A program made the translations under genes and the position numbers. A DNA stretch of 64,000 nt from Kiritimatiellia bacterium (GTDB taxonomy: Bacteria > Verrucomicrobiota > Kiritimatiellia > CAIQIC01 > JAGNIJ01), in the NCBI GenBank assembly GCA_018001225.1, contig JAGNIJ010000006.1:29188-93187 (forward strand). The letters run 5' to 3'. Shown here one piece after another: positions 44,225-54,384 of the stretch. How positions within the stretch are numbered: position 1 is the first letter of the stretch; every line of letters starts with the position of its first letter. Below the pieces are notes generated by a model. That model was not told the origin of the DNA. It did not search any database and saw only the letters and a list, made by a program, of their open reading frames with translations.

Positions 44225-46669
44225 CTAGATGAAGAGGGTGGTTCCCGCCCGGTCCGCCTCGCCCAGGAAGGAGGCCACACCGCCCAGTTCGATGCCGTCG
44301 AGCAGCTCCTCGCGCTTCAGGCCCATGACGTCCATGGTCATTGTGCAGGCGATCATCCGCGCCCCGCCGCGCCGGGCCGATTCAATCAGGTCCGGCAGGG
44401 CGGTGACGTTCTTGTCCTTCATGACCTTCTTCATCATCGCCGTGCCCGCGCCCAGCATGTGGAGCTTGGAGAGTTTCAGCGCCCCGGCGCCCCGCGGCAT
44501 CATGGCTCCGAACATCTTCTCCAGGAACGGCTTCCGGATCGGCGCCGCATTCCGCCTGCGCAGGGCGTTCAGGCCCCAGAAGGTGAAGAACAGGCTGACC
44601 TCGTTGCCCATCGCCAGCGCGCCGTTGGCGATGATCAGGGCGGCCATGACCCTGTCCAGGTCGCCGGAAAAGACGACGAAGGTTTTGCGGCCGGACCGGC
44701 CCGCGGGCTCGGCCGACCGGGCCGGGGCGCCGCCCTTGCGGATGCGCGCCTCCAGCACGGCGCCCTTCCGGTCGAGCGACACCAGTTCATGGCCCTGGCC
44801 CCGGCACCAGGCCGGGGCGTCCGAGGCAAAGCCCGGGTCGGCCACGCGCACGAGGACTTCGTCCCCGGCGGCCAGTCCGTCCATTTTCTCCTTCAGGCGC
44901 AGGATCGGGCCCGGGCATTGCAGCGCCGTGCAATCCAGTTCCACGGTCTTTCCCGTTGGCGCGGACTGTTCCGCCATCTTTTCCTCGGCGTAGGCCAGGA
45001 ACGGCACCTCGGCCTCCTCCGCGCCGAGCGGTCCGTGCCACTGCCGGAAGGTCCGGCTCCCGCCCGCGAGCGTGGCGACATCGCGGAATCCCCGCTGTTT
45101 CAGCAGGCGATAGGCCAGGTAGCTGCGGAAGCCGACGGTGCAATACACGCGCGCCGGACGGTGCGAATCCAGTTCGCCGATGCGCGACCGGAGCTGGCCC
45201 AGCGGGATGTTCCGCGCGCCGGGGATGTGCCAGGTCTCGAATTCCGGGGCGCCGCGCACGTCCAGGATCAGCGCGCCCTCCGTGTTCGTCGGATAGTCCT
45301 CCGCGTACCAGAATTCCACGTCGCCCCGCAGCAGGTTGGCCCCGACGAAGCCCGCCATGTTCACCGGGTCCTTCGCCGATCCGAACGGCGGCGCATAGGA
45401 AAGTTCCAGGTTCTCCAGGTCATAGACCGTCAGCCCGGCGCGGACCGCCGTGGCGAAGACGTCCAGCCGCTTGTCCACGCCGTCAAACCCGACGACCTGC
45501 GCTCCGAGCAGCCGCCCCGTGTCCGGCGCGAAGAGGACCTTGATGTGCATCGGCGCCGTGCCGGGGTAGTAGCCGGCGTGGCCGGACGGGTGCAGGTAGA
45601 CCTTGCGGAAAGGCGTGCCGGCGCGGACCAGGCCCTTCTCGATGGCCCCCGTGCCGCCCGCGGTCATGTCGAAGATCTTCACGATCGCCGTGCCCTGCGA
45701 GCTGTCGTAGGTCGTGTCCCGCCCGCAAATGTTCTCCGCCGCGATCCGGCCCTGCCGGTTGGCGGGCCCGGCGAGGGGAATCAGCCACGCGTCGGGCAGC
45801 ACGACGTGCGCGACCTCGACGGCATCGCCGGCCGCGTAGATGTCCGGATCGGACGTGCGCATGTGGGCGTCCGCCTTGATGCCGCCGCGCGGCCCGAGTT
45901 CCAGCCCGGCGGCTTTCGCGAGGGCGGTATCCGGCCGCACGCCGGCGGAGAGGACGACGAAGTCCGCGGTCAGGACCGTGCCGTTCTTGAGTTCGACGGC
46001 GGCCCGGCCGCCGGCATCCCGGAACGCCGCGGCCGCGGTGCCCAGGTGGAGATTCACGCCGTGCTGCCGCAGGTGGTCCTCGAGCGGCGCGACCATTTCC
46101 TTGTCCAGCGGCGGCATGACCTGGTCGAGCATCTCGACCAGGTCGACCGCGAGGCCGCGGTGGCGCAGGTTCTCCGCCATCTCGACGCCGATGTACCCGC
46201 CGCCGATGACCACGGCGTTCTTCGCGCCGCGATCGACGGCCTCCTTGATCGCGTCCATGTCGTCCATGTTCCGCAGGACGTACACGCGGGGGTGGTCGAG
46301 GCCGGGCAGCGGGGGTTTGAGCGGCGTCGCGCCGGGGCAGAGCACCAGCTTGTCGTACGCCTCGTCGTATTCCCGGCCCGTGGCGAGCTCGCGCACGCGG
46401 ACTTTCCGGGTCGCCCGGTCGATGGCGAGCGCCTCGTGGCCGGTCCGCACGTCGAGGTCGAGCGAGGCCTTCAGGCTCTCGGGGGTCTGGAGGAGGAGTT
46501 GGGCGCGGTCGCGGATCACCCCGCCGATATGGTAGGGCAGGCCGCAGTTGGCGAAGGACACGTAGCGGCTGCGCTCCAGCACCACGATGTCCGCGCGCTC
46601 GTCCAGCCGCCGGGCCCGCGCCGCCGTGGACATGCCCGCCGCCACTCCGCCGATGACCACCAGTTTCAT
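44225..46669 (-). CDS. Multidomain CoA-disulfide/persulfide reductase-like flavoprotein: pyridine-nucleotide-disulfide oxidoreductase + rhodanese + TusA-like (CPGP) + DsrE/DsrF-like domain
   Basis: FAD-binding motif VVIGGVAAG and the redox Cys of the CoADR family (SFANCGLPY). Rhodanese segment with an active-site Cys (VYCTVGFRS). TusA motif LDCTALQCPGPILRLK. C-terminal DsrE-like Cys. Start at MKLVVIGG (in-frame ATG also at 46705). Confidence 0.7.
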   Translation of the reverse strand: MKLVVIGGVAAGMSTAARARRLDERADIVVLERSRYVSFANCGLPYHIGGVIRDRAQLLLQTPESLKASLDLDVRTGHEALAIDRATRKVRVRELATGREYDEAYDKLVLCPGATPLKPPLPGLDHPRVYVLRNMDDMDAIKEAVDRGAKNAVVIGGGYIGVEMAENLRHRGLAVDLVEMLDQVMPPLDKEMVAPLEDHLRQHGVNLHLGTAAAAFRDAGGRAAVELKNGTVLTADFVVLSAGVRPDTALAKAAGLELGPRGGIKADAHMRTSDPDIYAAGDAVEVAHVVLPDAWLIPLAGPANRQGRIAAENICGRDTTYDSSQGTAIVKIFDMTAGGTGAIEKGLVRAGTPFRKVYLHPSGHAGYYPGTAPMHIKVLFAPDTGRLLGAQVVGFDGVDKRLDVFATAVRAGLTVYDLENLELSYAPPFGSAKDPVNMAGFVGANLLRGDVEFWYAEDYPTNTEGALILDVRGAPEFETWHIPGARNIPLGQLRSRIGELDSHRPARVYCTVGFRSYLAYRLLKQRGFRDVATLAGGSRTFRQWHGPLGAEEAEVPFLAYAEEKMAEQSAPTGKTVELDCTALQCPGPILRLKEKMDGLAAGDEVLVRVADPGFASDAPAWCRGQGHELVSLDRKGAVLEARIRKGGAPARSAEPAGRSGRKTFVVFSGDLDRVMAALIIANGALAMGNEVSLFFTFWGLNALRRRNAAPIRKPFLEKMFGAMMPRGAGALKLSKLHMLGAGTAMMKKVMKDKNVTALPDLIESARRGGARMIACTMTMDVMGLKREELLDGIELGGVASFLGEADRAGTTLFI

Positions 46670-46724
46670 ATCCTGCTCCTTTCGGGTCGGGAGAAGATAA
46701 CGCAAAAGCGGGCGGGGTCCAGTC

Positions 46725-47267
46725 TCAAGACCGCCTGTGCGCGCGCCAGGCGTACAACGCCAGCCACGTCGCCGGCAGCGCTAACCAGTAGAGCGCAACG
46801 AGCCACGGATGCTGCCACCAGGAGAGCCCGTTGAAGGCCCAGGAGGAGAGCGGGAAGAACAGCTCCGTGTGGAACTTGCCCGGGCTCGCGTGCGTCAGCG
46901 CGTCGAGGACCAGGTGGAGCGGCCAGGCCAGCGAGGGCAGGACGAGCGGCTGCCGCACGAGAACCAGCAGGCCGGAAACCGCCAGGGCGACGAGCAGGCT
47001 GTGCGCGTAGCGGTAATGGACCAGCCCGTCACCGCCGAACTCGCGGAAGAAATGACCGACGTGGTCGCCGTGGTCGAACCGGAGAAACGGCAGGCCCATG
47101 GAGAGCAGGTCCGGCAGCACGCCGAAGAGCATGGCGAGCCAGACCGTCGGGTCCCGGAACCAGCTCCGGCCGGCGCCCGCGCGGCCGCCGGCCAGTCCAG
47201 ACCGGCTGCACATCGTCGCGCCGTAGATCGCATGGGCCAGCACATCCATGGCGGCAAGATACTGCAC
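46725..47267 (-). CDS. Membrane-bound metal-dependent hydrolase-like protein (YdjM/DUF457-like)
   Basis: Four hydrophobic segments and His-rich motifs (DHGDHVGH, HYRYAHS). Assignment is tentative. Confidence 0.35.
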   Translation of the reverse strand: MQYLAAMDVLAHAIYGATMCSRSGLAGGRAGAGRSWFRDPTVWLAMLFGVLPDLLSMGLPFLRFDHGDHVGHFFREFGGDGLVHYRYAHSLLVALAVSGLLVLVRQPLVLPSLAWPLHLVLDALTHASPGKFHTELFFPLSSWAFNGLSWWQHPWLVALYWLALPATWLALYAWRAHRRS

Positions 47268-47346
47268 GAGGCCGGGCCTGTCAGCCCGGGGCCCTAAAAA
47301 AATCGGCCTTGCGCGCCTTTTTCGATGTGCTAGTCTTACTTTCGGC

Positions 47347-47421
<75 letters not shown>

Positions 47422-47630
47422 CTCCAAACCCCGGCTCTCCGCCAAAAACCGGGGCAAGCATCTGCCGGCCAGGCGTATACGTCGGCGGCCGCGCTGAAGA
47501 CATAAGGACGGGTTTCCCGGCAAGAAAGACGGCGGCCAAACGACTAAAGGCATAGTTGGCGCGGATCAATAGCATGGCGTTTACGCGCGGGAACCGCGCG
47601 TGTACACTGGTTCCACGCGCGCGAGAGTAG

Positions 47631-50600
47631 ATGAGGCGCACTTCATATAGCGTGGGGAGTGTGGTCTGCCGTGGCGGGCTGTTGCTGGGCCTGTGCGTGG
47701 CGCTGGCCGGGCCGGCGGCGGGCGAGGTGCTCTTCCAGGAGGACTTCGAGAGCGGTATCCTGGCGCCCTGCTGGGCGACAAACTCCACCGGCCAGGGACG
47801 CCTCCGCGTCACCGAGGACTGGACGCCCGCGGGCGGCGTCCGGCACGTGGTGATGGACGATTTTCAGAGCGACCTGGTCTCCTCCCGGAACGAACTGGTC
47901 CTGACCGTGGACCTCGGCGGGCAAAGCAATGTCGTTTTGAGTTTCCAGCACAAGTCGCTCAACGACGAGGATCACGAGATGCCCGACTCGTTCGGCGGCA
48001 GCCATGATTCGGACGGCGTGGCCGTCAGCGACGACGGCGGCACGACCTGGCACAAGATCCAGGGCCTGACCTCGTCCAATTTCACAGCCTCCGGCTACAA
48101 GTCGTTCGAGGTGCCGTTGACCCCGGGCGCGGCCTGGTCCCTGGTCGACGATTTCAAGATCAAGTTCCAGCAGTACGACGACTCGCCGGCAGAGGAGGAC
48201 GGGTTTGCGCTTGACGACATTCTCCTGGAGACGGTTTCCACGGCGCCCGGCGCGGACCTGACCTTGACCCTGGGGGCGCTGTTCTCCGGGCAGGGGCTCG
48301 CGGTTTCGAACGAGTACCCGCTGCTGTTGACGCTGGTGAACAAGGGGCCGCGGGAGGCCGTCGACGTCACGATCACCAACCGGCTGCCCGCGGGCGTCGA
48401 ACTCGTCACGGCCACGCTGGGCTACGAGGTCGATCCGGTCGGCCATGCCGTCCTATACCGCCTCGCGGAAATGGCCGCCGGCCAGACCTCCAGGTTCTGG
48501 ATGATCTGTTCGCCGGGGGTGACCGGCCTCTGCGTGTGGACGTCGGTCGTGACCTCCGCCGGCGCGGATACGAACGCCGCCGATAATACCGCGGCGTACC
48601 AAACCACGTTCGGGCCCCGGGGGGAACCCGCCGCGGATATCGGAGTTGAGGTCACGCTGTCCGATGCGGCCTGCCTTTCCCAGCCGTTCACCAACACGGT
48701 ACACTTGGAGAACTACACCGCCGAATACGTTTCCAACGTCCTGATCGTCAGCGAGTTCTCGGCGCCCGTGGAGATCCTGGACGGCTATTTCCGGGCCCAC
48801 AGCAACCAGCTGTGCAGTTCGCTCACCCTGACCCCTTCGTGGGGCGCCTTTTTCTCGTACCGGGTGCGGGCGACCCGGGAGGGCCTGCTGACGAACATCG
48901 TGCGGATCAGCGCGGCCCGCTCGCTGGCCTCCACGAACGGGCTGGTTTTCACCAATGTGATCCAGATCATCCCCGACTCGTCCTGGGAGCAGGTCCTGGA
49001 CGGCTACTGCGAGGGGCGCTACCTGGCCGGCGCCTATTCCGGCGGGGCGGACGACAGCCAGCCGGCGCTGGCGGACATGGACGCCGACGGCGACCCGGAC
49101 GCATTCATCGGCAGCGCGGACAAGCTGATGTATTACCGGAACATCGGCACCTCCAACGCGCCGGCGTGGGCGCCGCCCGTGCTGGTCCGACGGTTCTGGT
49201 CTAACGAGCGGCATGCCCCGGCCCCCGCGGACCTGGACGGGGACGGCGATCTCGATCTGCTGGTGGGCCGGCTCTGGGGAAACCTGATGCTGATCGAAAA
49301 CGAGGGCACCGCCACCAACGCCGCCTGGGGGGAACCCCAGTACAGCTACGGCGGCATCGACGTTGACTCCACCAGTGTCCCGGCCCTGGCCGACGTGGAC
49401 GGCGATGGCGACCCGGACCTTTTTGTCGGCAACGGCGACGGCGACATCCTCGTGTACACCAACACCGGGACCGCCGCCTCGGCCGCCTGGAGCGGGCCGT
49501 ACACCAACTTCCCGTGCCCGATTCCCAATTACGCGTACGCGGCGCCCCGGCTCGCGGACCTGGACGGCGACGGGGATTTCGATCTCGCGGCGGGCTACGA
49601 TCCGTATCCTTCACGGACCAACGCCTTCTGGCTCTACTGGGCCAACACCGGGACCGTCTTCCAGCCGCGGTGGGCGCCGTTCGCGACGCAGGAACTCGGG
49701 GTCGCCGCGGCGCACTACTTCGCCTCCTTCGCCCCGGCGTTTGCCGACCTGGACGGCGACGGTGACCTGGACGCCTGTATCGGCCAGTCGCAAGGCCGGC
49801 TGGATTTCGTGGCGAACCTGGGGCAGGCGACGCAGGCGGTGTGGCTGGGCCGGGGCGAACGGGTTTTCCTGCTGGACCTGCCCTCCCCGCAGATCGCCGG
49901 CGGCGACCTGGACGGCGACGGGGACGGCGACCTGCTGGTGAAGGGCCCGCACGACCCGCACCTGTGGCTGTACGAGAACGCGGGCACCCCCCTGCTGCCC
50001 ATCTGGCACCTGGCCACCACCAACTACCTGAACTGGACCGGCGGAGTCATTTACGGCATGACGTTCTGCGACATCGATGCCGACGACGATCCCGACCTGC
50101 TGGTCAACACGGCGGATCTCCTGGACGACACCCGCTGGATCATCATGTTTCTGGAAAACACCGGGACGGCGGCCCAGGCCTCCTGGGCCGCCCCGGTTCA
50201 TGACTACCTCGTCCTGAACGCCGCCACGGGCCATATGAACTACGGCGCGGTGGCGGCGGGCGACATGGATGACGACGGCGACTTCGACCTGTTCATCAAA
50301 GGATGGATCACCAACGGGCCCTTGCTCTACATCCAGAACACCGGGACGGCCGCCGCGGCCGCCTGGGCCCCTCCCGCGGATCCCGGAGTGGCCTGGTTCG
50401 GGGGGAATTACCATACGCCTCTGATCCTGGACATGGACGAGGACGGCGACCACGACCTGATCGGCATGACGGGCAGGGATTGGGTGTTCTACCCGAACAC
50501 CGGCGACGCGCAGCAGCCCCGGTGGTCGCTTCCGAGGCGTTTGTATGCCCCGGTGGACCCGTTCGGCCTCAACGATTTTGTGCAGTCCGGCGCCGCGATG

Positions 50601-53600
50601 GACCTGGATGCCGACGGCGATCTCGACCTGCTGTTCGCCACCGCGGAGGGCGGCTTGCTGTTCTACCGGAACCAGGCGGAGAAGCTGCAGGTGATCCCGG
50701 GGCAGCGGCCGCTGGAGCCGGGCGCGGGCTGCGATTTCAACCTCACGAACGGGTCGCCGGCCGCCTGGCAGTTCGTCGTGAACCGGAGCGGCGGAACGCT
50801 GGACCCGGCGACCGGCGCCTACCAGGCCGGCCCGACGCAGGCCCTCGACATCGTCGAGTCCCGCCTCGCGGACGGCCGCTACGGCCGGGCGTTCGTCCAG
50901 GTGATCAGCAACAGCCTGTCGGCCGGCCAGTCCCGGGCCATCGTGATGGCCGGCAGCAAGACCGCCGTGCTGACCGACGACCCGGCCTGGGAGGCGACCG
51001 ACTACCTGGCGGACCTGGCCTTCAACGCGCTGCGGGCCCGCGGCTACAGCAAGGGCAGCATGGCCTACTTGAGCCCCATGGTGGGACAGGACGTGGACGG
51101 CGACGGCTACCCCGACGTGACCCGGGCGACCACCCGGGCGAACGCCGAGTGGGCCTTCCAGACCTTCGCCCCGGGCGCGTCGAATCTCTTCGTCTACCTA
51201 GTCGACCACGGCGCCACGAACGAGGGCGGCGGATACTTCCGGCTGAACTCGACGGAGATTCTGGCGGCCACCAACCTGTCCGCCTGGCTCGACGGCCTGC
51301 AGGACGTTCACGGGATGGACGTGACCGTGGTGCTGGACTTCTGCCAGGCCGGCAGCTTCCTCGCACCCCTGGCGTATACCGGCGCCGCCGCGCGCATCGT
51401 CATCGCCGGCGCGGGCCCCGCCGAGGCCGCCTACTTCGTGGCGGGCGGGCTCGTGAGTTTTTCCGAGGCGTTCTTCCACGGCGTGCGGCTCGGGCTGGGG
51501 CTGGGCGAATCCTTCCGGGTGGCCCGCCGCGCGATGAGCGATTACCAGGACGCCTGGCTCGACGCGGACAAGGACGGCCGCTTCGACGAGGGCGTGGACG
51601 ACGCGGCCGGGGCGCTGGACCTGCCGGTGGGCGTGAGCATCGGCGGTGAACAGGGCGCCCCGCAGGTGGGGCTCATTGCGGACAACCAGTACCTGGACGG
51701 CGACAGCGCCGCGACCCTGTGGGCGGCGAACGTCTCCGCCGGGCAGCCGATCGACCGGGTCTGGTGCGTCGTGGTGCCGCCCGGGTATCAACCCGATCCC
51801 GACGTGCCCATCGCGTCCCTGCCCGAGATCGAACTGATCTATGCCGGCGGCCGGTACGAGGCGCAGTACACGGGTTTCGGCCAGGCGGGCACCTACAAGA
51901 TCATCTACTACGCCCACGCGCAGGGCGGAGGCGTGTCCCTGCCGAAGTACGGTTACGTCACGCAGGCCGGCGCGAACGAGCGCGCGATCCTTGTCGCCGG
52001 CGGGACGACCAACCTCGCCCTCTGGACCAACATCAACAGCGTGGCGAACGGCGCGTGGGAGACCCTGTTGGCCCGGCAGTTCACCACCGCCACGGTCTGC
52101 TACTTGAGCATGGACGCGGGGCAGCCGGGCGTGGACGGGGCGGTCTCCCTGGAGGCCGTCGGACAGGCCATCACGAACTGGGCCGGCGATTCGAAGAAGC
52201 TGACCCTGGTCCTCGTGGGCGAGGCGACGAACGATCTCCTGCGCCTCGCCGAGGGCGAGGACCTCGACGCACTCCAACTCGACGCCTGGCTGGACGCGTA
52301 CCAGGAGAGCAACCGGACGGTGATCGCCGCGATGGATTTCGCCGGCGCTGGAAGTTTCATCACCAACATGACCACGCCGCCCGGGCGCGAGCGAATCCTG
52401 ATCGCCGGTGCGGGGCCGGGCGAGCCCGCGGTCTGCGAGCAGTCCGGCTGGATCAGCTTCACCCGTGTATTTTTCAGCCACGTGTTCGACGGGCGCGACG
52501 TGCTCGAGTCCTTCCGGGCCGCGCGGGACATCGTCTTCAACCTCACCCGCGGCGCCCAGGACCCGCAGCTCGACGACAACGGCAACGGCGTGCCGAACGA
52601 GAAGGACGTCGAGGGCGCCGCGGCGCAAGGCGAGTACCTCGGGTCGGCCTTCGTGACCGGCGCCGAGGCGCCGGTGATCGGGGCCGTGACGCTGGACACC
52701 GTGCTGGCGGGCACGAACGCCCTCGTGCTCTGGGCCTCCGAGATCGTTGCGGCCGCCGGCGTGGACCGGGCCTGGTGCGTTGTTGCGCCGCCGTCCGACG
52801 CGGAGGATTCCGCCCTCGTGACCGTGGACCTGGCCTGGTCGGCCGGCGAAAGCCGCTACGAGGCGGCCTGCACGAACTTCACCGAGCCCGGCGTTTATAT
52901 CTGTACGTTTTTCGCCATGGATTACGACGGCGTGATCGGCGCGCCGCGCCAAGCCCAGGTCTTCAGCGCGGACCGGTACGAGCCGGACAACAGCGCGGAC
53001 GACGCCCGGCCCTTCGAGATCGCCGGCGTGCAGGTCCGCAATTTCCACGTCGCCGGCGACGAGGACTGGGTCGGGTTCTTTCTCGTCACCAACTACGTCT
53101 ACGAGCTGCGCACGCGGCAGCTCGGCACCAACGTGGACAGCGTCGTGGACCTGTACCGCGTGCTCGGCGACGGGAGCCTCTCCAACGTCGTGCACCAGGA
53201 CTTGCAGGGCGCGGGGGCCGGCCAGGGCGAGTACCTCCTGCTCGAGCACAGACCCGCGGGCCTGTACCTCGCGCGCGTGACCGCCTACCGGCCGTGGCAG
53301 GCGGGCCTGGGCACGGAATACGAGGTGCGCATCCACGTGCCGGCCGCGCCCTCGACGACCTTCCTCTGCATCCTCGGGGCGGACCTGCACGACTCGGATC
53401 GCTCCCCGCCGGGCGCGGTGGCCTGGGTGGACGGCGCGCCCCACGCTTTCTCCGGCGGCCGCAACTTGATCGAGCTGACGGGGATCGCGGCGAAGACGTA
53501 CACGATTACCGTGACGGCGCCCGGCTGCCTGCCCGCGCAGCACGCCAGCCGGGCCGGGCAGGTGGAGGACCAGAACAACCAGGCCTACGGCAATCCGCGG

Positions 53601-54350
53601 CGGGTGCGGGTCCGCAGCGGGGCGTTCGTCGCCGCGCCCTTCCTCCTGGAGCCCTGCGTGCGGGTCAAGGGTGTAGCGCGCGATGCCGCGACGGGCAAGC
53701 GCCTGAAGAACGCCAGCCTGGCCTTTGCGCCGAATTCCTCGTCCGGCCTGCCGTGCAGCCGGTACGACGGTTACCCGGGCTACGCCAGCTACCGCCGGCG
53801 CTGGCTCACCGCGCCGGACGGCCAGTTCCCGACCAACGTCTACCTGCCGCCGCGCGCGGGATGGCTGACGGTCACGGCCGACGGCTATTCGAACGCCGCG
53901 TTCTATCTGAACCTCGCCTTGCCGAACGGCAGCACGAACGAGGCCGGGGAACTGCCCTGCGGGCCGGTCGTCACCAACGCGGGCGGCTTGCCCAACCGGT
54001 GGATCAACCTGCACTTCGGTGGCCCGACCAATATCCTGGCGATGCAGGACACGGACGAGGACGGGCAGAGCAACTGGAACGAATTGTTGACCGACACCGA
54101 TCCCAACGACCCGGACAGCGTGTTCGCCCTCTTCGGGGCCGGCGTCGGCTTCATGCCGGCCGGGCTGCGGTTGCAATGGAGCGGCGTCGAGGGGCACGCC
54201 TACCAGGTGGCCGGGTGCAGCAACCTGTGGCCCGAGGCCTGGTCCGTCGTCGGCGGGCCGTGGACCAACTGGGACAATTCAGCCATGGAATGGACCAGCC
54301 CCGAACCGGCCGGCCGCGGCCTCTACCGCCTCGAGGAATTCCGGCCGTAG
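47631..54350 (+). CDS. 2239-aa secreted FG-GAP/VCBS-repeat protein with two tandem legumain-like (peptidase C13 / CD-clan) caspase-fold domains and C-terminal beta domains
   Basis: Signal peptide. Many FG-GAP-type repeats (ADLDGDGDLDL...). First domain has the legumain-like His and Cys dyad (FVYLVDHGATNEGGGYF; VVLDFCQAGSF). A duplicated second domain has both replaced (LVLVGEATNDL; AAMDFAGAGSF). Confidence 0.7.
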   Translation: MRRTSYSVGSVVCRGGLLLGLCVALAGPAAGEVLFQEDFESGILAPCWATNSTGQGRLRVTEDWTPAGGVRHVVMDDFQSDLVSSRNELVLTVDLGGQSNVVLSFQHKSLNDEDHEMPDSFGGSHDSDGVAVSDDGGTTWHKIQGLTSSNFTASGYKSFEVPLTPGAAWSLVDDFKIKFQQYDDSPAEEDGFALDDILLETVSTAPGADLTLTLGALFSGQGLAVSNEYPLLLTLVNKGPREAVDVTITNRLPAGVELVTATLGYEVDPVGHAVLYRLAEMAAGQTSRFWMICSPGVTGLCVWTSVVTSAGADTNAADNTAAYQTTFGPRGEPAADIGVEVTLSDAACLSQPFTNTVHLENYTAEYVSNVLIVSEFSAPVEILDGYFRAHSNQLCSSLTLTPSWGAFFSYRVRATREGLLTNIVRISAARSLASTNGLVFTNVIQIIPDSSWEQVLDGYCEGRYLAGAYSGGADDSQPALADMDADGDPDAFIGSADKLMYYRNIGTSNAPAWAPPVLVRRFWSNERHAPAPADLDGDGDLDLLVGRLWGNLMLIENEGTATNAAWGEPQYSYGGIDVDSTSVPALADVDGDGDPDLFVGNGDGDILVYTNTGTAASAAWSGPYTNFPCPIPNYAYAAPRLADLDGDGDFDLAAGYDPYPSRTNAFWLYWANTGTVFQPRWAPFATQELGVAAAHYFASFAPAFADLDGDGDLDACIGQSQGRLDFVANLGQATQAVWLGRGERVFLLDLPSPQIAGGDLDGDGDGDLLVKGPHDPHLWLYENAGTPLLPIWHLATTNYLNWTGGVIYGMTFCDIDADDDPDLLVNTADLLDDTRWIIMFLENTGTAAQASWAAPVHDYLVLNAATGHMNYGAVAAGDMDDDGDFDLFIKGWITNGPLLYIQNTGTAAAAAWAPPADPGVAWFGGNYHTPLILDMDEDGDHDLIGMTGRDWVFYPNTGDAQQPRWSLPRRLYAPVDPFGLNDFVQSGAAMDLDADGDLDLLFATAEGGLLFYRNQAEKLQVIPGQRPLEPGAGCDFNLTNGSPAAWQFVVNRSGGTLDPATGAYQAGPTQALDIVESRLADGRYGRAFVQVISNSLSAGQSRAIVMAGSKTAVLTDDPAWEATDYLADLAFNALRARGYSKGSMAYLSPMVGQDVDGDGYPDVTRATTRANAEWAFQTFAPGASNLFVYLVDHGATNEGGGYFRLNSTEILAATNLSAWLDGLQDVHGMDVTVVLDFCQAGSFLAPLAYTGAAARIVIAGAGPAEAAYFVAGGLVSFSEAFFHGVRLGLGLGESFRVARRAMSDYQDAWLDADKDGRFDEGVDDAAGALDLPVGVSIGGEQGAPQVGLIADNQYLDGDSAATLWAANVSAGQPIDRVWCVVVPPGYQPDPDVPIASLPEIELIYAGGRYEAQYTGFGQAGTYKIIYYAHAQGGGVSLPKYGYVTQAGANERAILVAGGTTNLALWTNINSVANGAWETLLARQFTTATVCYLSMDAGQPGVDGAVSLEAVGQAITNWAGDSKKLTLVLVGEATNDLLRLAEGEDLDALQLDAWLDAYQESNRTVIAAMDFAGAGSFITNMTTPPGRERILIAGAGPGEPAVCEQSGWISFTRVFFSHVFDGRDVLESFRAARDIVFNLTRGAQDPQLDDNGNGVPNEKDVEGAAAQGEYLGSAFVTGAEAPVIGAVTLDTVLAGTNALVLWASEIVAAAGVDRAWCVVAPPSDAEDSALVTVDLAWSAGESRYEAACTNFTEPGVYICTFFAMDYDGVIGAPRQAQVFSADRYEPDNSADDARPFEIAGVQVRNFHVAGDEDWVGFFLVTNYVYELRTRQLGTNVDSVVDLYRVLGDGSLSNVVHQDLQGAGAGQGEYLLLEHRPAGLYLARVTAYRPWQAGLGTEYEVRIHVPAAPSTTFLCILGADLHDSDRSPPGAVAWVDGAPHAFSGGRNLIELTGIAAKTYTITVTAPGCLPAQHASRAGQVEDQNNQAYGNPRRVRVRSGAFVAAPFLLEPCVRVKGVARDAATGKRLKNASLAFAPNSSSGLPCSRYDGYPGYASYRRRWLTAPDGQFPTNVYLPPRAGWLTVTADGYSNAAFYLNLALPNGSTNEAGELPCGPVVTNAGGLPNRWINLHFGGPTNILAMQDTDEDGQSNWNELLTDTDPNDPDSVFALFGAGVGFMPAGLRLQWSGVEGHAYQVAGCSNLWPEAWSVVGGPWTNWDNSAMEWTSPEPAGRGLYRLEEFRP

Positions 54351-54384
54351 GAGACCCGCGCCGGCCGTCGCGCTCCGCCGGACA

